Below, in pieces: positions 42,110 through 52,377 of a stretch of DNA of 64,000 nucleotides. How positions within the stretch are numbered: the stretch's first letter is position 1; the number at the start of each line of letters is the position of its first letter. The notes beneath the pieces were generated by a model, which was given only the letters and a program-made list of their open reading frames with translations, ran no database searches and had not been told where the DNA came from. The stretch lies in contig JAADVB010000008.1 in NCBI GenBank assembly GCA_023334545.1, positions 96,019 to 160,018 on the forward strand, read 5' to 3'. Made by a program: the position numbers and the translations under genes. Source of the DNA: Salisapilia sapeloensis CBS 127946 (taxonomy: Eukaryota > Protista > Oomycota).

Positions 42110-44370
42110 ATGGCACGTTCGACGTCCGGCGGGCGCTCGACGCACGCACGGTCGACCAAGCACGCGTTCCGCACGTCGAGCACCGGGTACACGCCGACCG
42201 GTAGCATAAGCGACCCCTATGGCGACCACCCTCACCGGAGTCGCGACCCTCTCGACAGCGACGACATGGACTCGTATGAACAGCTCGGTAATAATTTAAT
42301 TCTGCCCTCCGTCCGGTCAAACAAGCCTCCCTCGCCGGAGGATGTAATCCTAAGGCAAGGCTCATTCCATCGCAACTCCTCCTCTAGCCAACGCGGCGGA
42401 TTTTACGATGCCCATGCACACTACCATCGATCGGAAGACGCGCCTCGGCATGTCCGCTTCACGGACCGCCATCTCTTTGAAATGGCTGCGGAAGCCTCGA
42501 CAAATGTTTCGGTACGCCAGTTCTATACCTTGTATACATCCAATTTATTTATGTGCATGCAATCTAGTGGGATGCTGTACTTCGCGACGTTGTTGGATGG
42601 AGGAAGCAGGCTTCAGAAGAGCACGTCGGAGGCGCAGTCACGTATACGAAACGTATGGGCAAAGCGTATTATATCAAGACCGTACAGCGCGTGGCAGCGA
42701 GCCCGACAGAAGTCCGACACCTCTTGCGGCCGTCCTCGACAGAAGAGTACGCCACGTGCATGCGAGAGCTCTTCGGCTCGAACTTTATCTTTGGCGCCGT
42801 TGCACACCGTGCAAAGAGTAAATCGAATCAAAGCGTGTCGACGGCAAGTGTGTCGACACAGCGTCGTCGTCGCGCTCGCCTCGCGCCGACTCCACAGATC
42901 CAAGACGTCATGGTCAAGACCGCGTCATTCGTCAAGACGAGTGTCTTTAGCCGGAATGAGCAAGCCTGTCTCCTCGACTCGCTAGAGCAACATGAGGATG
43001 GGAACGGCTTTACCATTATCCAAAGTTCCATGCATCCAGATGATATTTATGTAGGCAAAGCGAATGCCCATGTATGTGAACTACAAGATCTTCTATTAGC
43101 CACGGTCGTCGAGCGAGACCGACGTCGGAGAGGCTTTATCCGAGTCACGTTCTTCGGCCAAGCTTCTCTTCAACGATCTAGCACGTCCTCCGCCGCACCT
43201 ATAAAGCACATTGCATCGAAACGCACGATCCAGCATCGATTGCAAAATTTCGCCGCTTGCTCCCTTCGTCTTTCTATGATCGTGCGTCGCCATCGACTCT
43301 CTGATCAGGTGCTCTTGGCGCACCCAGCGACGTTCGATCCGAGCAACCAGCGCTGTATCTGTTGCACGCGAAGTCTGAACATCTTTTGTAATAAACGTCG
43401 GTGCTACCTCTGTCGATATTTCGTCTGTGAAGGCTGTAGCATCCGACAGCAAGTGGAGAATCCAACCCAACCGGATCGACCGAAGCGGGCTCGCTTGTGT
43501 GAGCATTGCGTCCAACGTGTCGATGGGCTGCCGACGATGCCACCGCCATCGGACGATGCAGCTAGCGTTAAGTACACGACCGCTTCTCAGCCGGAAAAAC
43601 GCAGTTCTAAACCACCAGCAGCACGTCGAGCTTCTCTGGCCGACATGCTGGAAAGCAAGATCGAGCACCAGGAAGACGAGTCGAAGCAGACTGCCGCAAA
43701 AAAAGTCATGGAAGACCTAGCAATCTTGGGCGATAACTTGCTCGACACTCGAGGAAGAGCGCAGTCGACTGCTGTGGCGGATCTGTCTCAGCCACGTCCT
43801 CCGGTCGAGACACGCCAGAGAGCTCGGACGAGAGCTGGGAAGGTCCGACCGACACGAATCAATGCTGATGTTTCTAGCAATAGAGAGTCGAAGGAGAGGC
43901 AGCAGACTATGGAGAGAAGCAGATTGGACAAGATCCAGGCCATGCCAGAGCTCGATATCATATGTGCGATTGCAGCGTTGGAGGTACAATGTGCGCTCTG
44001 TGTCGTTACGGTCGTGCAAGGAAACACGTTGCGTGCGATTGCGTCGAATGATACAAAGTACCTGCCCATCACATTACCTCGAAAACTGCCGTTCTTGAGT
44101 CCACGCAATGGCGAGAAGAGGTCGAGTCAGATGGATGTCCCGTTGGAGGGTACTGACCTGACGTTCCACTCTGGGTTTCCATTGCGCTCGAAAGATGGCA
44201 AGTTCATTGGTGCAGTCTGCTGCGCGGATACACAAGCGAGAAATCTTCCGGAGGTAGAAGGCTCGACGATGCAAAAGCTCGTGGCAACTGCAAGTCGATT
44301 TTTACAGATGGCACTCAAGTCGAGTGATGGACGTACGACCCCAGTGATCCATGTCGAGACGTCCGAGTAG
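42110..44370 (+). CDS. START-like + FYVE-type Zn finger + GAF domain protein (2 exons, ~734 aa)
   Basis: A 56-nt phase-0 intron 42512-42567 (GTACGC…TCTAG) joins the 42110 and 42655 ORFs. CICC…CYLCRYFVCEGC…CEHC finger; C-terminal PELDIICAIAA…FHSGFPLRSKDGKFIGAVCCADTQAR GAF. Confidence 0.82.
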
Positions 44371-44500
44371 TAGCTGAGATGATTGTGTCTGATCTGATAG
44401 CGTAATCCGAAGTTTCGATATGATTGCGATTTATTCTCTGTTGTCTAAGCTTGTACTTTGCACCTTTTCAACTCTTCTCATTATAATACTTACTACGACC

Positions 44501-45549
44501 ATGCCAAGTTACAAGAAATTACAAGTCCATTCGCTCTCGAAAGACTTTCGACAATCGACCGAAGTCGTGGATGTCCCGAATGTTCCGACGGCCAACGAAA
44601 ATGAGCTCGTTATCCGAAACCACTATGCTGGAGTAAACGCCACGGACATTAACGTCACGAACGGAATGTACGGAGTGGATCAACCACCGTTCGGATGTGG
44701 TCTCGAAGCAGGTACGCAATCTGTAGTCTACTGCATTAGGTTGCCAATACTGACATGAAAGTAGTTGGTATCGTTGAGGAAGTGGGACCTAACGTATCCG
44801 GCTTCAAGAACGGAGATGCTGTCGTGTACCAAGCTCTTGGTGCCTTTGCGCAATACAACGTTGTTGCGGCCGATGTGGTACACAAAGTACCTGAATGCTC
44901 GCCCAAGTTGCTGCCGATTATGATCAGTGGCATTTCGGCGTCCATTTCGCTCGAGGTCAAGGGACAAATGAAGTCGAATGAAACCGTTCTGGTAACGGCG
45001 GCAGCTGGCTGCACAGGTCAATTTGCTGTTCAGCTTGCCAAAAAAGCTGGCAACCACGTCATTGGTACCTGCAGCTCGAAGGAGAAAGCTGATTTACTCA
45101 AGTCTCTCGGATGTGACCGTGTCATCAACTACACTGAAGAAGATGTCGGCCAAGTGCTACAGAAGGAGTACCCGGATGGTATCGATTTGATCTTTGAGAC
45201 GGTCGGAGGCAAATTGTTTAAGGATGTGGTTTCCAACATTGCCGTCAATGGACGCGTCCTGGCGATCGGAATGATCTCTTCGTACTTGAAGCAAGACCCG
45301 GATGCCCTGCCGACTCCGGACTTGATTTGGATGCTCCTACCGAAGAATGCTTCCCTTCATACCTTTAACATCTTTGGTCACCCCGACCTCATTCCTACTC
45401 ACGTCAGAAAGTTGATCGACATGATCGATGCTGGCGAAATTGAGTCTGGTCTCGACCCGACTACATTCCAAGGAGTTGAAAGCATCCCGAGTGCTGTCGA
45501 CCACATGTACGCTAAGAAGAACTTGGGCAAAATCGTCATCAAGCTTTAA
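44501..45549 (+). CDS. Zn-independent NADP-dependent alkenal/prostaglandin reductase (PTGR3/ZADH2-like; 2 exons, 331 aa)
   Basis: 53-nt intron 44712-44764. NHYAGVNATDIN, PFGCGLEAVG, TVLVTAAAGCTGQFAVQLAK, GIDLIFETVGG, GKIVIKL. Confidence 0.9.
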
Positions 45550-46083
45550 CTAATAACATGATAAACAATCGCCATGCCATTTTAAACACGGACTCTAAAA
45601 ACTACGATTGTATCGAATAAAGAGTAGATTGGTGCAATATTCTTGGTGCAGTCAATAGATGTTAAGCGTTTGTTCAGGCACCTTCCTGCAAGTGACCACG
45701 GACTGTGCATAAAAGAAGAATCAGCTAGCAGGACTAAATTGTATCGAACCGCAGCGTTGTTTTCACATCGACATGTGGAACTATCAGCACTTATTTCTCG
45801 GAGATAACATAAAGACATTTAGGCCCTACTTCTTGTACGTTGTTGTTTAATATCATCAAACTCACGATCAAGTAACCTTCACCGTCGTGTTTTTCGACAA
45901 ACATTGACATTGCAAAACATGGCAGTATCAATTTCTAATATAAATGGTGTGCTATGGTGAGTGTAGAGATTTTACCAGGTAGAAGCTTATACTGAATGAC
46001 TTCATTATAGTGCCTGTAGTCTTGGAATCACAGCTTATTGAAAACAGAGCGAACAGAAGTATTGGCAGTCTCTCATTTCCATT

Positions 46084-46458
46084 CTAGCTGAATAGCAGAT
46101 GTAGTTCGTTGAAAGAATGTCTTGTGCTTTCTAGAGCGAACTTGAAATCACAACACGCTACATCAAATTTGTGAAGGAATCTAAATGTGAAAACGGCAGG
46201 TAAAGGCGTCGGGGAATACTTGATAGTCCTAATTACATGCCACGAGTATTTCTCTGAGTTGTCAATTTTGCAAAGTTTCCAATGACTATTCCCTGCTTCA
46301 AAATGCTTCAGTAACATCCAGAAACATGCTTGGTTCTCGGCGATGGCATAAATGTTTAATGCTCGAGCCGTTTGAGCTTCAAGTGTCCAAACTGTACAGA
46401 CTTTAAAGCTATCTGCCACTTTTACTGTTTTCAATATTCCTTGAAGCCGTATTGACAC
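46084..46458 (-). mobile_element. Possible decayed MULE-type transposase fragment
   Basis: FKVCTVWTLEA…IYAIAENQACFWMLLKHFEAGNSHW loosely resembles the MULE RNase-H-like core. No start, termini or catalytic triad recognised. Confidence 0.25.
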
Positions 46459-47406
46459 TAATACGAGTCCAATCTACTTTATTTCTTGGGAATCTGGACC
46501 AAACTCATTGGTCACCAACGGTAGTTTTGGGTGTAGAATCTTCGTATTAATCGCCAAAAGTTAATGACAGCAATCTTCAGAATGTACTTTTGCACATGAG
46601 CTGTTTATCAAACCAACAAGCGTTCATCTTCCGTCGCTTGTACGTTCTTCCTCAAGTTTAATCAGCGACCGATTACTAGATTTCCTCTCTACACTACCAT
46701 ATAAGATACTCAAACGTCACACCGAAGATCTTTGTCGACACGCTTACAAGTGAGATTAAAAACCGAGTACTGAAAGGATGCATTGAGTGCGAATTGTAGT
46801 TATAACTTATATATTCTTGCCTGTGAAAGCTTAATAGTTCATGCACCAACAGAAGTAGCTTGGTAAGTTCGACACCAACACTACGATTATTGTCGTGACA
46901 TGGACGAAGATCTAGTTACTCATGAGCAGTAGATCCAAGCAAGGAGACGCTTTAGCGAGGATACCATAATCCAGCAAGCTGAAGCCAAACAGCTATCAAA
47001 GATACATCTCACCACTCATTCCATTTCAATTGCCTCCTATTTATATCGTACCCGTCTTATGTGCACAATCATAATCGTGGTTGAAGCACGGAAACACTTC
47101 TTTGAAAGACGTGCTTGCATCAAAGGCTTCAAAGTCGAAATTTGACAAGAAATGATGGGGATTCATGCATACATATTTCTATCACGAAGACTTTATGAAT
47201 ACCATCTCATCCTGAGTTTCCTCCTGCCTGATCACAAAACAAAAGTAAGCCGATCCGTCCACTTATATAACTGTTCAAGATCATCTTGTAGTTGAATAGT
47301 GGGTGCAACTATTAGCATTTCACCAAGCATACAAAAGGCAAGATGAGGGGCTGCTAATCGACCAGCGCAAGACGACAAAATTAGATCCTCGAGTCCAATC
47401 GCAGCG

Positions 47407-47420
47407 TTTGATTGGCTAGA
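47407..47420 (-). promoter_or_regulatory. Oomycete-type CCAAT box upstream of the importin-alpha-like gene
   Basis: TTTGATTGGCTAGA lies ~155 nt upstream of ATG 47574, next to an oppositely oriented CCAATC at 47395. Confidence 0.55.
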
Positions 47421-47573
47421 ATCTACTAAAAGACCGTTAAATCCGTTAGAATGTCTAATTCCGCGCTTTTACGCGTCTAACCCCTCCAGCACAAGAGCCT
47501 CAGTCCAGCTAGTGTTCCCGATCTGCCATCGCTCGACGCATCACGTCCCCTCTATCTTTATTCCCACGGAGCA

Positions 47574-49747
47574 ATGTCATCGGACCATAGCTCTACCCGC
47601 AAGTCCATTAAGGAACGCAGCAAGCTCACGGGCAGGCGCAACCGGCAGGAGACGATGCTGTCCATTCGCAAAGCCAAGAAAGAGGATGCGTATGCCACTC
47701 GCCGGAATCTTCAGGCAAACCGCATCCCGTTCACGAGTGAAGACGGTGCACAGCATGCCCGAGACGTCGCGTCTCGCAAAGATCTATTTGAAAACCTCGC
47801 TGCGAGATCGCAATCGCTTCTTCAAGGTACATTTATCCTATTTCCTACTCGTCTACCTATGGACATTGGAAGGCACGAGCATCGGATCATGTCGACTTTG
47901 CTTCTATGAATCGTGTCGTGTATTCGATGTATATGCATAATGCATGGGTAGTGGTGGGACTAGAGTACTACCATGTCCTTTCTAGACTACCTGGAGCATG
48001 TAGATGATAAACTCCAGCTTACCAGTCCTGCATGCAACGTATATCAAGACTCCAACTAATTTGTAGCAATTGTGTAGGTATCCAGCATAAGGACATGATG
48101 ACGAGGCAGAAAGCCATGCGTGCCTTCGTCTACCTCTTGTCCAGCGGCGTTCCTCCTCTCTTTGACGAGTCAGATTCCCAGCACGTCGGTTTGTGGTCCA
48201 CCATCCTCTCTGCCCTCCCTCACTTTATTGCTATCCTGCAAGAGCCTGTCCAAGATGATAGTGCTATCCACCTGCATTCCGACGCTGCGTTTGCCCTTCG
48301 CTTCATCTCGTCCATGGACAAAGCTGCAGCCGTCATCCAAACAGGCGCCATCCCTCTCCTCGTGTCTCTCTTTCAAAGCGGCATTTCAGAACTGCAAGTC
48401 CAAGCAGCATGGGCGCTCGGAAACATCGCGTCCGAGTCCCCATCCAGCTGCGAAGCTGTGATCCAAGCCTGTCCGCCCCGCCATGTCCTTCCACACGTTC
48501 GTATGGCGACACCAGCCTTGCGTCGAGCTTCTGTCTGGCTACTCCGGAGTCTCGTGGACTCTCCGGAAGCAGTACAGTCGACACAGTCATTGGATTCGAG
48601 TACGCAAGAGGAGATTTTGGACGTTTTGTCGAGTATTTTAACCCAATTGACGAAAGAAAAAGTCTCTGCATTCTTACAAGCACGAGGCGAATCGTCTTTG
48701 ACGTTTCAAGTGCAGCAAGGGATGGCCAAGTGGCGTATATTTGAACTAAAAACAGGAAAACCTGCTCCGAACGATGTTGCTGTCGTTCGATTCGTACGAC
48801 AGGTGGATGCAGAGCAAGTGGAGGTAATGGATGTCGACGTGAACTTTGAAACAGGCGAAAATTCTGTCTTTACCGTCCGGAAACAAGACTTGCGACCCAT
48901 GACCGTCATGGACGATGGCATTGAAGATGAAGACGAAGAAGATGTGTCAGCGAATGAACAGTTGGATGAGCAGATGCTCACGTTATGCGATGGGTGCTGG
49001 GCGCTCGTGGAGCTATCTTTACAGAAAAATGACGTCATTCCAAAGCTCGTGGCGCATGGCGTGCCACCGAGGCTGGTGGAACTGCTCTACATCTCCCAGA
49101 GCTCGGTGGTTCTCTCCCCCGTACTGCGTCTCTTAGGCAACATCGTCTCTGCAGACGTCCAGTACGCCCAGAACGTACTGGAAGCGCACGTCCTCTCGGT
49201 CTTTCCCCACGTCTTGACGAATACCAGTCGAGCTGTGCGTGAAGAAGCGTGTTGGATGCTGTCGAATATCGCAGGCGGACAGGTGGATCAAGCGCAGGCA
49301 GTGCTGAACGCTCCGGACGTGCTGTCTGCTCTGATGGAGCAACTGTCGTGGGCCGAGTATAATGTCAAGCGAGAAGCGACGTGGGCTGTTTGTAATTTGA
49401 TGGTGAAATCGAGCGGACAGGAGCTGGAGCAGATCGTGTCGATGGGTGTGCTGGAGGCCTTTGTTCCGTTGCTGGACGAGTGGGAAGATCCGAGTGTTGA
49501 GATTGTGATTTTGGAAGCTTTGGAGAACTTTGTGCGGACAGGTGGACAGGATGCCAAGGTCAAGGTGGAGGAGGATGGGTGTTTGGAAAAGTTGGAAGAG
49601 TTGTGTTACGATGAGAATGAGCGCGTGAGTGAATTGGCGGTGCAATTGCTGGAAACGTACTTTGACGGACAGACGAAGGAGTCAATGGATCAAAACATGG
49701 ATTTCAAGCCTGTCGAAGGAGACGTCCAGTTTGACTTTACGCAGTAA
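47574..49747 (+). CDS. Divergent importin-alpha-like protein (IBB + ARM repeats; 2 exons, ~640 aa)
   Basis: IBB-like RNRQETMLSIRKAKKEDAYATRRN. A phase-1 intron 47827-48077 gives SLLQG|IQHKD. ARM motifs AAWALGNIA, ACWMLSNIAGG, KREATWAVCN and the C-terminal LEKLEELCYDENERVSELAVQLLETYF. Confidence 0.85.
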
Positions 49748-52239
49748 AAACAATACATACACTTTGCATTTAGTACTCTGTCTAGGACTTGCCTTGGTGA
49801 ATGATCTGTCGAGGTTTCAGCTCTTCTGAAGGTTTGGGATATCACAATGAGCTTTGGATTTATGTTTAAGATTGAAAGGTAGAGGTATTGGAGGACAGAG
49901 TATGGTCTGAGTGTATCTTGTTAGCGTCTTGAGAAAGTGGATGGCCAGCCGTGCGAGTCGCACGTACTTGGTCGTAGCTATAAAGATATATCACATGGTA
50001 AACACCATGACCGAGTCGTGCAGCTATTTTGAAGATCGGAATAGTTGATGTCTCATGTCTTGTAGCGTACGAGATTTCCATCAGATGCCAACACCGTATC
50101 TGGTTTCTTATCCTTCAGTGCACACGATCTAATTTAGATCTACTCTCTGTGTCATGGTTTGTAGAGGACTATGATAAAAGAGCAAGATAGATCCTACACA
50201 AGTAAATCCGCTTGCGATAGCTCACTAAAGTCTATACATACATTGAGGTAAAAGCGGCTGCCAGTTTTAGGCTAGCTTGACACTGCAGGATGGCCAAGTC
50301 ATCATAGCAACCACGACTCTATGAAGAAGCTCGGTCTGCAGTGCCGTCATTGAATTCCTAGCACTGCTTGCAATGCTCATCTGCTTCGACTCATGGGTCT
50401 TAAAAGCCAGTCGTATCAGCATGACTGATACGTTCGGAAGGACATTAACGAACGTGATCGTCCTAAATGAACTACCATAGTGGTGACTAGAGTATCACTT
50501 GTGGTAAGTAGGCACCATCCTTCTGTTTAATGCGGACTGCGAGGACCCTGAGTACAAAATACATTGACAAATCCGAGGATGTAATGTACGTAGCTCATAC
50601 TATCTAGGCATGGCGTCATCGAGGTTAATCAAGATTTTCCTACGGATAGCATCCATGCGCTTTACTCGCTTACAACCTATGCAAGTTGCAGTTACGTACA
50701 TGAAGTCATCTATGGCGTACCCGAAGATGGAGATGAGCAGGATCGTACCTCGAGGCTTGCGAGTCTTGTAGATATTGGAGCAAGGCTGGTGGAAATAATT
50801 GGTTTGAATGGCGTAATTGAGTTGATCTCATATATATCGGTGACACGCTTGGTGCGGCCGAATAGAATGCAATGCTTTTCTTTCTTGTGCGTGGAAACAT
50901 CTACGAGAACTCAGACTCGTCTTCGTTGACATTTTTCGAATGGCGTGACCGGTATCTGAGAATACGACAAGCGATAGTTCAATGTCCGATCGGTCTTAAC
51001 CAGACATCGTAGGGAAGTCGCTTCAAGTTGGAAAGATGACCATGAGGATTCTGACGATTGTACACGCCTAGAGGATCCAAGTTCTTTTTGATGATCAGCT
51101 ACGACACGTTTGTGCTCATTGTGTCAAAAGATAGCAAATCTGCATCAACGAACTTAGTAAACGTGCTCTTTATCGCGACTATAGACTTGTTTCTTCTGAC
51201 GGCAGAGTTGCAGTAGCAGCGATCTGTATGAGCTTTATTTGCTGATTACCGGAGAAGTAAACACTCGGAATTGAATGATAGTAGCTCTCGTCAGAGACCA
51301 CAGACATGTGTAAACTGAATACGAAGAAGACGAGGATAGAAGCCACATTGACCAGGAAAGAAAAGTCAACACGAAATCCGAGTGCAGGCTACATTAGCTT
51401 ATGTCTTTACGATCGACTGTCGCATGTTGCTATGAAGAGAAACTTTTCCAGCAGTACGCACCTCCTACATGCACTGCCAAGGAACTTTAATGCTATACAA
51501 GTGCAATAGTGCCCACGACTTGACCCATCTTACCCCTTTTATTAAACTGAAGAGCAGTGTACCCAGCTTTAATCACGAAGCCACTCTATCGGACAACTTT
51601 TTCAGTCGTGCCAACTTTGTTGGTCAAGTATCAGATGTCGGTCATTTGTAAACATTGCGATATGTGTACGAACGTATCGTCCTTTACTATCCGGAAAACA
51701 GGATAAGGATAAGATAACTCGAGGAGCTTTGGTCAGAGGTACAAGTACCCTTGGATGTTTTGTCTCCGATCTAGTTCATCAGAAAAAGTGAATCTTGTCT
51801 TTTCTATTGTACGATAAAATCCACAAGAGGCGGACATTTGTAATGATGGTGTGGGATTCCATCACATACACTGTATGGGTATAGAAGTGCGCAAAGGTCT
51901 CGTTTTGGCGAAGTTGAAGTCTCGTCGACCGAATGGAGCCGTCTCGCCTGAAAATTTGGTCATTTACCACGATGATATTTGTGGTAGATAATTTTGTCAA
52001 GAGATGATTTATACGTCATATCACCAGGTGAGACCGATGGCAGTGGTACTTGGATCGAAGTGCAAGTCACGTGATGGCAAGCAACGCACATCCCTGATTA
52101 AATCTTGTGCATGATGTGTGGGCTATCAACAACTGCACAATCTCATTCTAGTGGACATATTTATTCTTTATATTATTATATATGTCCCAGGACTTGTGAT
52201 CGACCGAAACCTCCTCGGGTCAGAACCCCAGCAGCATCC

Positions 52240-52256
52240 TTCATTTCGGAATTTTC
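52240..52256 (+). promoter_or_regulatory. INR+FPR-like core promoter (probable TSS of the P-type ATPase)
   Basis: TTCATTTCGGAATTTTC matches the oomycete TCATTYY-n-AWTTTY core promoter pattern, ~135 nt upstream of ATG 52378. Confidence 0.55.
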
Positions 52257-52377
52257 CCTCGAGGACGCAAGGCGCGCTTTCATCGCTCCATACTTTTCGG
52301 TTTCGGCTCGTTGCCTCTCTTAAATCGATCGCCAGCAAGCGCCCTCTTCATCGACCACACGTAACTGCCGTCCTTGG

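Noticed and set aside
49800-52200. Short ORFs in the gaps at 23.0-24.6, 40.4-42.0, 49.8-52.2 and 58.0-59.9 kb
   Set aside because: Stop-rich with no recognisable domain, repeat or RNA structure.
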